Notes: a model not told the origin generated them from the letters alone. A stretch of DNA of 63,857 nucleotides, filler included, from Octopus bimaculoides (GCF_001194135.2; 5 parts of 5 records of this genome joined end to end with filler, not necessarily neighbours in it); one strand, 5' to 3'. Counted from the whole stretch's first letter, positions 37,185 to 49,250 are shown. Translations and numbers: made by a program.

Positions 37185-37415
37185 CGCAAGCAAATCGTTC
37201 AGCTGGCAGAATCGTTAGCCCACCGGGCGAAATGCTTAGCAGTATTTCGTCTGCCGTTACGTTCTGAATTCAAATTCCGCCGAGGTCGACTTTGCCTTTC
37301 ATCCTTTCGGGTGTCGATAAACTAAGTACCAGTTACGCACTGCGTTTCATGCAATCGACTTAATCCTTGTGTTTGTCCCCTCTATGTTTAGCTGCTTCTG
37401 GTCAATAAAGAAATG
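37185..37415 (+). mobile_element. SINE family A variant with an alternative 3' tail
   Basis: Standard head and core to TCGACT, then TGTGTTTGTCCCCTCTATGTTTAGCTGCTTCTGGTCAATAAAGAAAT instead of the usual GGCCTTGTGCCAAAATTTGAA tail. Confidence 0.85.
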
Positions 37416-37421
37416 AATATT

Positions 37422-37830
37422 AGACGCAGGCGTGGCTGTATAGTAAGATGTTTGCTTCACACCCACGTAGTTGCAGGTTCAGCCCCACTGTGTGGCACCT
37501 TTCGGTAGACTCATCCCTATCAATGCCACATGAGTGAGAGGAGCCCAGTCGTATATATACGCCTCTGTGTGTGTGTGTGTGTATGTGTATGTGTGTGTCT
37601 GTGTGTGTGTGCGTGAGTGTGTGTGTGTGTGCAAACACGTCTTGACAACCGAGGGATGATGCATGTACGTCCCTGTATCTTAACGCTTCAGCAAAAGATA
37701 CCCATGAAATACGTACCAGGCTTTAATGAACATAAGTACTGGAGTTGGGTTGGGGGTTGATTTGTTCGATTAAACTTTTTAAGGTTGGTCACTAGGGGTC
37801 GCAGTCTAATGGCCGAAACATGTAAAAGAT
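37422..37830 (+). mobile_element. SINE family B directly following the family A copy
   Basis: GACGCAGGCGTGGCTGTATAGTAAG head, (TG)n centre, GCAGTCTAATGGCCGAAACATGTAAAAGAT tail. Confidence 0.8.
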
Positions 37831-38641
37831 ATAATGTACAGGAAAATACGTTTACAGTAAATCAAGGAATTTTCTAATATATCACCTTCGACTTGTGATG
37901 ATTGTACCGGAAGTGGACATGATAATGAAAAAGAAATGGCGAAAATAATAACAGGTAAATGAAATAGCTATTCACATGATGACGATGATGACTATAGAAT
38001 GCCTCTACAGCATGACTTAGGAAAGTAATAACGTGAAACGTAATGCATGAAAGCAAGAATTTTTCAAAACCATTTTCAATTTTGAATTGGAAAAAATTAA
38101 TATGTCCTGTGACAGCATAAATAATATTTTTTTCAAAAATAACATTTTTTCTTTTATTTAGCATGAGAAAAGCAAGATACCGAGGTACCAATAACTTGCA
38201 GTTTAAATGGAAAAAAAAAATTCTTCTATAGTTTGTGTACTTTAGTTTCATTCGGAGAGTCTTTTGTGACATTTCATGTAAGCTATTTAAAATATACATA
38301 CGTATTTTATTAGATTTTTCTTGTATATAGGAATTTTATTATTTTGTTTACTTTGAATTCTGTTCTAACCTCTTTTCTCCTATTTATTGTTAAGTATCTT
38401 TCTTCCTATCTCTAATTCATTCAATCACTCGCCTCCTCTCTCGCTTATTTTGGCTTCGTCGCTGAAGAATAATGATATTTCTAAATGTTACATTTAATAG
38501 TTCTCTGGAAGGAAACGTACGTGCAATAACAGATGTAATAGGTCAGCAGTTTCCATTGACAAAAAAGTATGACTTAAGAAATTTAAACTTAACATATTCA
38601 TATTATGTCTTATGACATAGAAGAATACTGGAAACATGAGA

Positions 38642-38647
38642 CAATAA

Positions 38648-38711
<64 letters not shown>

Positions 38712-38742
38712 GATGATGATGATGGTGGTGGTGGTGATGATG
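38642..38742. repeat. Compound (ATA)n-(GAT)n-(GGT)n microsatellite
   Basis: Direct reading. Confidence 0.92.
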
Positions 38743-38917
38743 ATAAAAGCGAGGAATGTACAGGAAAAAGAACAGTTTGTCTTTTAAATGGACTTAAAGA
38801 AAGAATAAAAAAGAAAGAGAAAACGGACGAAAACACAGGAACTCTAAAAACATAACTGTATATGTATATATATATATGTGTGTGAGTGTGTGTATGTGTA
38901 TGAGTGTATGTGTATGC

Positions 38918-38974
<57 letters not shown>

Positions 38975-39559
38975 TACATATAAAGATATATATGCATATG
39001 TGTGTATGTGTGTACAGAAGTAGTAATGGAAAAATATCTAATTCTTGAAGAATTGAGTTCCAATTGGAAAATAAGTTTGCAATTTATGTTCCTCTTTGCT
39101 TTTGTGCTTTTTTGTGGTGGGAGCGAGAAGTTAAAGAGATACTTCTATAATAAAGAAATATATACAATGTTGCTGGTGTTTTTCAACTTATGAAAAGTGA
39201 AATATATTTTACAACCAATACCACGTTCATGTTTGGCTTCCAAGCAATTATCAATTACCATTCGTGGCAGTAAATATATACCATGCTAATTACCTCTCGA
39301 ACCTGATCCCTGTAGATATTTTTCTCTGCTGCAAAATTGCTTCAAAAATATAGCAGCTGCGACGGCCCCAGTCGTGTGTCGTAACTATAATTAACATACA
39401 TCTAACAAATTTGTAGACTCTCTGAGCAACCATGGAAACATATGTACTGCTGGTGCTAATCGTATTCCCTGATTTAAAATGATAAGCCTATCGAGTCAAC
39501 GTATCTGTGATACGTTGGCAAGGACTGAGTAAATTTAAGAGGCTTCGTCCCAACTCCCA

Positions 39560-39820
39560 AGCTTTGACTACAAACTTGCATTCCACCGGTTGCCACGCGT
39601 ACCATTAACGTAGTTTCCAGAGAGAATCAGCGTGGAACAGAATGTGACCAGTCCAACACTTTGAATTAGAGACATTACTCGTTTTTGCTAGCTCAGTGGA
39701 GTGGAACAAGATGAAATACTGTGCCTTGCTCAATAACACAACGCACTGTCAGGAATCGAAATCACAACCTTACGATCATGAGACAACTCCCTTAAAATCT
39801 AAGCCAAGCGCCTTCACTAA
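39560..39820 (-). mobile_element. SINE family C
   Basis: GCTAGCTCAGTGGAGTGGAACAAGATGAAATACTGTGCCTTGCTCAATAACACAACGC...GGAATCGAAATCACAACCTTACGATCATGAG. Confidence 0.75.
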
Positions 39821-40286
39821 TGACTACTATATGAGACTAGTAATACTGACTTTCAGTCGAAGTCTTTATGTGTCGTCCATTCCTAGAGCTGACTCAGGTA
39901 ATGTCAATAAATAAATAGAATAAGCACCATGTTAAATCGATGACAAGAAATTTATTTTTAATGATACGTTGCTTTGCGTGTTTACCTAAAACAAGAAAGG
40001 TTAAGTTCTTCGTAATAAATAAGCGAAAATAATGCCTCTACTACTTTGTTCCATGATTTCAAGTTCGAAGTCTTAATCCTGGCAAGTATTATAAAGAAAT
40101 TATTTTCCCCATAGTATGAAGTATCTGATATCGGAGGGAGCTTACATCTAAGGAATATATTAGATGATCAAAACCTGAAATCTGCGAATAGGGGGGGAGA
40201 CAAAATAAGGAATAGACAAAATGGCAACGCTAGAGGACAAACACACACACGCACAACAGACTTTATATATATATATATATATATAT

Positions 40287-40386
40287 NNNNNNNNNNNNNN
40301 NNNNNNNNNNNNNNNNNNNNNNNNNNNNNNTTAATTAATTAANNNNNNNNNNNNNNNNNNNNNNNNNNNNNNNNNNNNNNNNNNNN
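40287..40386. other. Artificial scaffold-join linker N44-TTAATTAATTAA-N44
   Basis: Same 100-bp structure as 23338-23437. Confidence 0.95.
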
Positions 40387-40754
40387 CTTGATACTTTTTA
40401 ATCAGACCTCGTTCGAACGTATATATATGTTTATGACGTGGTTATCAAATCGTGGTCCTCAGTTAGAACCACCTACTCGAGAATCCTCAGAATTCTCAGA
40501 ACAGTGACGGTATTGCTGTTGATGAAGCTGTGATTGCTGGCTTTTCACATCTACTTGTTCTTTTGTTGTTGTTGTTGTTGTCTGAAGTGGTCTCTTCTAA
40601 TGTTGCTGTCGTTGCTTTAACAATCCTTATTACTGTTTCATTTCCTTATTGTTGTTTTGTTGTTCTTCTTATAGATGTACAGATGCTGTTGTTATTCAAG
40701 TGGCTGTGCTGGTGTTACTTTTGTTGTTGTCCTGCATATGGCTATTGTGATTGT

Positions 40755-41160
40755 TGTTGTTGTTGTTGTTCTTCTTCTTTTTCTTCAAGACAGAGAGAGA
40801 GAGGGGGAAGGGAGATAGAACGACAGAGAGAGAGAGAGAGATGGAGGGAGATAGGGTGAGAGAGAGAGAGAAATGGAGAGATAGTGAAAGAGAGAAAAAG
40901 AGAGAGAGGAAAATAAAGCGAGGGATATATATATAGATAGATGGAGAGAGAGAGAGAGTGAGAGAGAGAGAGAGAGAGAGGGGGAAGATAGATAGACGGA
41001 GATTGATAGAGAGAGAGAAAGAGAGGGAGGAAAATAGACCGAGGGAGATATATATATAGATAGACTGAGAGAAAGAGAGAGAAGGGAATAGAAAGATAGA
41101 TAGACGGAGATAGATAGATAGAGATAGAGAGAGAGAGTGAGAGAGAACGAGAGAGAGAGA
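40755..41160. repeat. (TTG)n and GA-rich compound microsatellite
   Basis: Direct reading. Confidence 0.9.
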
Positions 41161-41665
41161 GATTGTTGTAGTTGTCGCCATTGTTGTTGTTATTTTTATC
41201 AAGGTTACAATTTTTTCATTGCTTAGGTCATCACCATTTTCTGATATTTGACTAAACTGGAATAGGATTACTATAAATCCGTAAAAAGCAAAAACGCGAA
41301 AAAATTTTGATTCAAAAAAACTAACAAAAAAAAAAGAAAATTTAAAGAAAATTTCCAGGATCCACACACTCACTGCCCTCAGCCATAAATCTATAATCTT
41401 CAGGGAATTAATAATAAAAAAAAAATCGATAATGTATCTCAAAATGTTTCTAAATTGTATTTTTTTCATGTTAAATTTTTCATATTTGTACTTCTATTTC
41501 GAAATTAATTTTATTATCTTTATTGAATTGTGTTTTATACCGAAATTGCACTTTTCTATGAAAAAATTGTATTTTCATATAGGAAATTATATTTTCAAGT
41601 ATTGATTGTGTAATTTTTTTTTTTGAAAATGTATTTAACTGTGATAATGTTATTAGAATTTTACA

Positions 41666-41870
41666 AAGGCGGTGAGGTGCCAGAATCGTTAGCACGCTGG
41701 ACGGAATACCTAGCAGTATTTCGCCCGTTGCTACGTTCTGAGTTCAAATTCCACCGAGGTCGACTTTGTCTTTCATCCTTTTGGGGTCGATAAAATAGGT
41801 ACTAACTGAATACTGGAGTCGATGTGATCGACTCATCCCGAGCTGCCCTTGTGGCAAAAGATTTACGATA
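41666..41870 (+). mobile_element. SINE family A inserted in the tandem array
   Basis: Flanked by GTTATTAGAATTTTA (41649-41663) and GTTATTACAATTTTA (41871-41885), a ~15-bp TSD with 1 mismatch. Confidence 0.88.
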
Positions 41871-43305
41871 GTTATTACAATTTTATGTTAAAACATTATT
41901 TCTTGTTCAATAAAAAGATTGTATTTTATTGTGAAAATGTAATTATAATTTCAAGTTACAGTTTGTATGTTTTATATTTCTAATTCTGTTTCAAAATTCA
42001 TTTTATTTCTTTAAGAAACGGTATTTTAGACCGAAATTATATATTGTTATGAAAAATTGCATTTTCAAATGGAAATCTATATTTTCACGTATAGTGTAGC
42101 TTATGTTGAAAATGTATTTTACTGTGATAATGCGATTACAATTTCATGTTAAAATTCTACTTCTTGTTAATAAAAAAAAGACCATTTTATTGCGAAAATG
42201 TAATTATAATTATATGTTAAATTTTGTATTTTTTAATATTTTTATTTCTATTTCAAAATTAATTATATCTCTTTAAAACTGGTATATACTGAAATTGTAT
42301 TTTCATATGAAAATTATAATTTGTTTGTATTTATTGAGTAATTCATGTTGTAAAAGAGTTTTACTATGAAAATGTAATTTTAATTTCATGTTATAATATT
42401 ATTCCTTATTGAATAAAGAAATATACAGAGGTCAGCTCACACATCCACTAACACACAAACACACACAGCCGCCCACACGAGCGTGCACCCACGCAGTTGC
42501 TCTCACAAACCTATCGGTCAACACACATATGCAGGCAACAACAACGCGTCTCAGACAAGCAAACACGGTTTCCGTAACGAAGTGAAGTCACTGAAAAGGT
42601 TGAGAATGGCAACGAAAGAATTTTGAGTAACANNNNNNNNNNAAAGCAAAAAAACAAAAAACAAAAAATAAAAACGATTGACTGTTTTACCAACAAGTTA
42701 AACAAACGATCGATTTGTTAGTTGGATAGATATTTAATCAATTGACTAATAAAGGAGTGGAATTGAACTTGGTGGCTGTATTATTAACATTGGCCTAACG
42801 ACTCTCCTTAAGCACAATAAAATTTGTTTCAACACACGGATTCACATAAAGAACCAAATACAAAAACGAAGTAAAATATGCATTTTATTGTGAAAATGTT
42901 ATAATTCTAAGCTAAAATCTTATTTCTTGTTAACTAAAAGCAAAAACGCATCATATTGCTACTTCTATTTCAAAAGTTCATTTCCTTATGAAGTGGTATT
43001 TTACACAGAAATTGTATTTTCATATAAAAATTATAATTTTCATCCATTGATTACGAAATTCTTGTTGAAGAAGCATTTTACCGTGAAAATATATTTTGAA
43101 TTTCATGTTAATTTTATTTTTATTTGTGCCATAAGAATGTAGAAAATTATTTGAAATAAATTATTTTTAACGGCTGAACTCGAAGTACATAAAGCTATAA
43201 ATAATAACATGTAGAATATTGGGTTAAAAACCTTTGGGTGGAAAAATTCTTTTAACTTTGCATTTCACTGTAAAAATTTAATTCTAATTCCAAATTATAA
43301 TATTG

Positions 43306-43748
43306 ATTTCAAATTTTGGAACAAGGCCAGCAATTTCGGGGAGGGACTAAGTCGATTATATCGACCTCAATGCTCCACTGGAGCTTATTTTATCGATCTC
43401 GAAAGGATGAAAAGTAAAGTCGACCTTAGCGGAATTTGAACTCAGAACGTAAAGACGGACCAAACGCCGCTATGCACTATGCTAATGATTCTGCCAGCTC
43501 GCCACTTTGATCTCATATTATGAAATTTCTTGTTAAAGGTGGTGAGCTGGCGGAATCGTTAGCACGCCGGGCAAAATGCTTAGCGACATTACGTTCTGAG
43601 TTCAAATTTCGTGTAGGTCGAGTATACCTTTCATCCTTTCGGGGTCAATAAAAGAAGTACCAGTTGATCACTGGCGTCGGTGTACTCAACTTATCCTGAC
43701 CCTGCCCCACCACCGGAAATTGCTGGCCTTGTGCAAAAATCTGAAATC
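43306..43748. mobile_element. Inverted head-to-head pair of SINE family A copies
   Basis: Minus copy 43306-43505, plus copy 43536-43748, spacer about 30 bp. Confidence 0.88.
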
Positions 43749-43944
43749 AATAATGTTTATTGTTAAATAACAAATTTGCATCGTACTGTGAAAATTTAAT
43801 TATATTTCCATGTTAAAATAATATTTTTTATCAAAATAAAAATTGAATTTCACTGTTAAATGTAATAATAATTTCATGTAATTAATTTATTTCTTGTTTA
43901 ATAAAAAGAATTATAAAACAAACAATTTGAGGAAAAAATATATA

Positions 43945-44660
43945 TGGGGATGATGTGTCAAAAAAATGTAGAACCTGGGAAATTTGGAGCGAGACAGTGG
44001 CACACACTGTTGCAGAATGTCCCAAGTTAGCAGAGGAGGAATATAAGAAATGGAGGCATGGCCAGGTTGTAAAAGTTTTACACTGGAAGCTTTGCCAGAA
44101 ATGGAGATTTGAAACTGCAGATACATGATATGAAAACCTGGCCTAAAGAGTGCTGGAGTCGGGAGAATTGTAAGATTTTGTGGGACTTACCTATTCAAAC
44201 GGACAAGAAGCTAGAAAGTAATAAACCAGACATAACAATATTAGACAAAGAAAAGCGAAGTTGCTTATTAATTGATCCATTATGTCCGTTTGATTCCGGC
44301 ATCGTAAAGAAAGAAAACGAAAAACAAGACAATACAATTCCTTAAAATTTGAAATTGCAAGAGTTTGGAATATGAAAATTGTAAAGGTTGTGCCTATAAT
44401 AATTGGGAAATTGGGAACTGTAAGCAAAGACAGAGAGAAATGGTTGAAGGAGATTCGAATAGAATGTCCTGTAGAGTTTCTACACAAAGTTTGTCTCTTA
44501 GGGACAGGAAAGATTATCAGGATGGTCTTAAGCACTTGAAAGACTATTGAAAGCTTGTGGATACTCAAGGTTACAGTAATGACCTGCTACTCACATAAAT
44601 CCTGCCAGAAATAAGACCGAACCTGAGTCAAAGCAGCAGCAGCAGTAAACTACGAATCCA
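43945..44660 (+). mobile_element. R4/Dong-like non-LTR retrotransposon 3' end (zinc knuckle + RLE + 3' UTR)
   Basis: KKCRTW..SETVAHTVAECPKLAEEEYKKWRHGQV..LHWKLC...KILWDLPIQTDKKLESNKPDITILDKEKRSCLLIDPLCPFD...LKFEIARVWNMK..VVPIIIGKLG...CLLGTGKIIRMVLST*. Confidence 0.88.
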
Positions 44661-45204
44661 AAATCACATCACAGCAGTGGATCGGATGTCTCTTCCACCG
44701 TCTAAATAGCACGGGATTGAGAGAGACATAGAACGAAGAGAGGAAGAAAACGCGCACTTGTTTATTTGTTTATTTGTTTATTTGTGTGTGTGTGTGTGTG
44801 TGTGTGTGCGTGCGTAATTTTAGTCTGATTAAATGAACAGTTAGCTTTGAATTATCTAAAATAGCTTAGACGAAATTAATTGAAAAAGCTATGTCTGATG
44901 AAATCTAACTATATTTGTATTTGTTTAGATTTTTGTCTTTACTTTAATATGATTGTACATAATCACAATTTATTCAAAATTAGAATTATTGATATTTCAA
45001 AAGTCAGCGTTGTTTGTGTCCAGGTTTTTCTTTCTTTTGAATTAAAAAAAAAAAGAATTAGAAAAGAAAAGACAAATAATTTATTATTGCATTCCCCAAA
45101 AAACATGACGGGCTTCGTCTGTTAGTTAAAAAAAATAATAATTTTCAGAAGAATAGTTATTTTATGGTCTCTCTCTGTCTGACTGTCCATCCGTCCGTCC
45201 GTCC

Positions 45205-45205
<1 letters not shown>

Positions 45206-45297
<92 letters not shown>
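45206..45297. repeat. (TATC)n microsatellite
   Basis: Direct reading. Confidence 0.95.
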
Positions 45298-45298
<1 letters not shown>

Positions 45299-45329
45299 GC
45301 ATGCATATAAGTATATATACATATTCATG

Positions 45330-45366
<37 letters not shown>

Positions 45367-45911
45367 AGTAGAAATATTATTTCTAAATCTCTCAAAGTGA
45401 GATATTCAGTAAAGGCTATTTGCCAACGTANNNNNNNNNNNNNNNNNNNNNNNNNNNNNNNNNNNNNNNNNNNNNNNNNNNNNNNNNNNNNNNNNNNNNN
45501 NNNNNNNNNNNNNNNNNNNNNNNNNNNNNNNNNNNNNNNNNNNNNNNNNNNNNNNNNNNNNNNNNNNNNNNNNNNNNNNNNNNNNNNNNNNNNNNNNNNN
45601 NNNNNNNNNNNNNNNNNNNNNNNNNNNNNNNNNNNNNNNNNNNNNNNNNNNNNNNNNNNNNNNNNNNNNNNNNNNNNNNNNNNNNNNNNNNNNNNNNNNN
45701 NNNNNNNNNNNNNNNNNNNNNNNNNNNNNNNNNNNNNNNNNNNNNNNNNNNNNNNNNNNNNNNNNNNNNNNNNNNNNNNNNNNNNNNNNNNNNNNNNNNN
45801 NNNNNNNNNNNNNNNNNNNNNNNNNNNNNNNNNNNNNNNNNNNNNNNNNNNNNNNNNNNNNNNNNNNNNNNNNNNNNNNNNNNNNNNNNNNNNNNNNNNN
45901 NNNNNNNNNNN

Positions 45912-45952
<41 letters not shown>

Positions 45953-46126
45953 TATAGTAAGTGTAATAAAGTATATATATTTAGTCCACTTACATTTTAT
46001 ATCCATAAATTGATATATCTAACCATCCATTCATTTATTCATCCATCCATCCATCCATCCATCTATGCAAGCATGCATACATACATACATAATACATACA
46101 TACATACATACATACATACATACATT

Positions 46127-46472
46127 GTTGGCACTCCATCAGTTACGACGAAGAGTGTTCCAGTTGATCCGATCAACAGAACAGCCTGCTCGTGAAATTA
46201 ACGTGCAAGTGGCTGAGCACTCCACAGACACGGGTAACCGTAACGTAGTTCTCGGGGAGATTCAGTGTGACACAGAGTGTGACAAGGCTGGCCCTTTGAA
46301 ATACAGGTACAACAGAAACTGGAAGAAAGAGTAAGAGAAAGTTGTGGTGAAAGAGTACAGCAGGGTTCGCCACTAGCCCCTGCCGGAGCCTCGTGGAGCT
46401 TTAGGTGTTTTCGCTCAATAAGCACTCACAACGCTCGGCCTGGGAATCGAAACCGCGATCCTAAGACTGCGA
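46127..46472 (-). mobile_element. tRNA-Arg-like SINE family D, second copy
   Basis: Reverse complement closely matches 23640-23978; 5' end runs into a gap. Confidence 0.9.
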
Positions 46473-46506
46473 NNNNNNNNNNNNNNNNNNNNNNNNNNNT
46501 ACATAG

Positions 46507-46539
<33 letters not shown>

Positions 46540-47539
46540 TACATACATATATAAGTACTCACATACATGCATGCATACATACATACATACATATATACAT
46601 ACATACATACATATATAGACACACACACACACACACACACACACGCATACATGCATATGCATAAAAACATTTACATACATTACTATTCAAATTTAAATAC
46701 TAAAGCATAAATTCATTTCTATACCTTTTTCAATCTCGACCTAATTTAACGGAAATAATATATTTTGAGCACTTTGTACTGCGTGTGTAAAAATAAACTT
46801 ATTAAAAATTTAGTTCTATAAATGTTAATATTACAAAAAAAGGAAATTATTCATTACTTTCATTCATAACCTTTATTTTTACATTCTTATGTTTTATTGT
46901 TTTTAAATTTTTATTTTTCTGTAGGAAAAGCAGAGACCATGANNNNNNNNNNNNNNNNNNNNNNNNNNNNNNNNNNNNNNNNNNNNNNNNNNNNNNNNNN
47001 NNNNNNNNNNNNNNNNNNNNNNNNNNNNNNNNNNNNNNNNNNNNNNNNNNNNNNNNNNNNNNNNNNNNNNNNNNNNNNNNNNNNNNNNNNNNNNNNNNNN
47101 NNNNNNNNNNNNNNNNNNNNNNNNNNNNNNNNNNNNNNNNNNNNNNNNNNNNNNNNNNNNNNNNNNNNNNNNNNNNNNNNNNNNNNNNNNNNNNNNNNNN
47201 NNNNNNNNNNNNNNNNNNNNNNNNNNNNNNNNNNNNNNNNNNNNNNNNNNNNNNNNNNNNNNNNNNNNNNNNNNNNNNNNNNNNNNNNNNNNNNNNNNNN
47301 NNNNNNNNNNNNNNNNNNNNNNNNNNNNNNNNNNNNNNNNNNNNNNNNNNNNNNNNNNNNNNNNNNNNNNNNNNNNNNNNNNNNNNNNNNNNNNNNNNNN
47401 NNNNNNNNNNNNNNNNNNNNNNNNNNNNNNNNNNNNNNNNNNNNNNNNNNNNNNNNNNNNNNNNNNTATATATATATATATATATATATATATGCATACG
47501 TATGCATGCTTATATATGTGGGTCTCTCTGTGTGTATAT

Positions 47540-47960
47540 ATATATGCTTGTGTGTGTGTTTGTGTTTGTTCCCTATCACCGCCTGACAACCGGTATTGAC
47601 CTGTTTACTTCCCTATAAGTTAGCGATCCGAGAAAAGAGAAACAATAGAATAAATATCAGGTTTTAAAACAATTAGTACTGAGGTCAATTTGTTTGACTA
47701 AACCCTATAAGGCGGTGCCCCAGTATGACCGTAGTCAAGTGACTGAAACAGGTAAAAGATTAAAAAAATAAGTAGGCTATGGTGCAATTTGAACGTAAAG
47801 CTCAAAGAGCTAGGACAATTACCGCAAGAAAGTCAGTCTAACTTACAGTTTTACCAATCCACCGTCAAGGATTGTTTTTGTTAACGATCCCGAAAGGGTT
47901 AAAGGCAAAGTTGACCTTGGCGGGATTCGAAATAAAATCAGAGCGCATCGAGTCAGAAGA
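47540..47960. mobile_element. SINE family B 3' half (+, 47540-47770) and degraded family A (-, 47780-47960)
   Basis: Similarity to the family consensus segments described above. Confidence 0.7.
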
Positions 47961-48049
47961 AATACCACGACGTGACGAATACTCAGTAAAATCTATGTTA
48001 ACGAAGTTAATGTGCAGACTACCTGAAAGCTAAATACAACTAAATATGT

Positions 48050-48595
48050 TGTGAAATAGATAGAGAAATAGACCAATAACTAGATGAGATAGCCAGACGG
48101 ATAGACCGATCTCTAGATAGACTAACAGACAAGTAGGCCGAAAACTAGCTAGATAGACAGACAGATAGACCGATAACTAGCTAAACAGATAGACCGATTG
48201 CAAGCTAGATAAACAGACAGATAGACCAATAGCTTGATCTGAGAGACAGATAGGTAGATGAATGACTATATAAGATAGACTGACAGATAAACTAATAGCT
48301 AGATAGATTGACAGACAAATAGACCGATTGCAAGATAGATAGACAGACAGATCGATAGCTTGATAAGAGTCACAGGCTGATGAATGGCTAGATAAGATAG
48401 AGAGATAAGCAGATACATAGAGTGAAAGTTAGATAGACCGCTAGCTAGCTAGCTAGCTAGACAGACAAAATTAGACTGATAGTTCGATAAATAGACAAAC
48501 ACATAAAGCTAGAGCCAGAGAGATAGACTGTTAGCTAGGTAAGATAGATAGACAGATAGATTGATAGCTAGCTAGACAGACAGACGGCTATGCAG
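48050..48595. repeat. Degenerate GATA/GACA/AGCT satellite-like tract with ~129-bp higher-order duplication
   Basis: ATAGACCGATTGCAAG...ATAGCTTGAT...GATGAATG.CTA.ATAAGATAGA recurs near 48190 and 48319. Confidence 0.75.
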
Positions 48596-48597
48596 AT

Positions 48598-48794
48598 ACA
48601 TTTCTTTTATTAGCCACACAGGGCTCAACGAAGATGGGACAAATACAATGTAGAGCTTTTCTTTTTGGGAGGGGGAAGGAAAAAAAAAAGTGGTGGTGTC
48701 GATCAAAAGGGATCGTAGGAAGGGAAAAAGGGGGAGTTCGATCAAAAGGGATCGGAAAAAAAAAATGGAAAGGCCGATCAATAGGGATCGTGTA
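48598..48794 (-). mobile_element. 3' terminus of a LINE (probably L1/Tx1-type)
   Basis: Minus strand is pyrimidine-rich, ends GTATTTGTCCCATCTTCGTTGAGCCCTGTGTGGCTAATAAAAGAAA; three CGATCCCTTTTGATCG-type hairpins. Clade assignment is from recollection of similar ends, not from coding sequence. Confidence 0.5.
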
Positions 48795-48894
48795 NNNNNN
48801 NNNNNNNNNNNNNNNNNNNNNNNNNNNNNNNNNNNNNNTTAATTAATTAANNNNNNNNNNNNNNNNNNNNNNNNNNNNNNNNNNNNNNNNNNNN
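48795..48894. other. Artificial scaffold-join linker N44-TTAATTAATTAA-N44
   Basis: Same 100-bp structure. Confidence 0.95.
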
Positions 48895-49250
48895 CGTGTA
48901 TCACCTGGTTCGTAATACGGGTGACTAGGCTATAGCCAACACTGCCAGATATTTTGAGCATCTCTGCAGTGATTCCTGATGGGCCGGGGGCTTTCCCGGT
49001 CTTCATACTCTTAATTGCTTTATCTACCCTGGTACTATCAACTCGGATAGCTGGTCCCTCTATTGGGTCGACATAAGGCAGGCTCTCTTTCTCCCATTCA
49101 TTCTCTTTATTAAGCAATCTATCGTAGTGGCATCTCCAGACCTCTTTCTTTGCATCCTCATTTAATGCAAGCGTACCATCATCCATGCGAACACATTTCT
49201 GTCCTACAACATCACTATTCTCTCTCCTACACTGTCTTGCAACCCGAAGT
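48895..49250 (-). mobile_element. RTE-clade LINE, well-preserved EN-RT linker / RT start, truncated by the linker
   Basis: Open frame KCVRMDDGTLALNEDAKKEVWRCHYDRLLNKENEWEKESLPYVDPIEGPAIRVDSTRVDKAIKSMKTGKAPGPSGITAEMLK; W..HF..LLN and GKAPG.DGI.AE.LK RTE motifs. Confidence 0.88.

Larger units (their letters stand above)
41460..43920. repeat. Degenerate AT-rich tandem array, unit about 250-260 bp, interrupted by SINEs and other repeats
   Basis: Recurrent TGAAAATGTATTTTACTGTGATAATG...AATTTCATGTTAAA...TTTCTTGTTAATAAAAA near 41626, 42108, 42360, 43075, 43785. Confidence 0.65.

Noticed and set aside
37861-38030. Acidic reading IKEFSNISPSTCDDCTGSGHDNEKEMAKIITGK*NSYSHDDDDDYRMP
   Set aside because: In-frame stops on both sides and internally, no usable acceptor, no recognisable family.
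40696-41469. 257-aa minus-strand ORF without Ns
   Set aside because: Low-complexity product of (GA)n/(TTG)n tracts and AT-rich sequence; no domain content.
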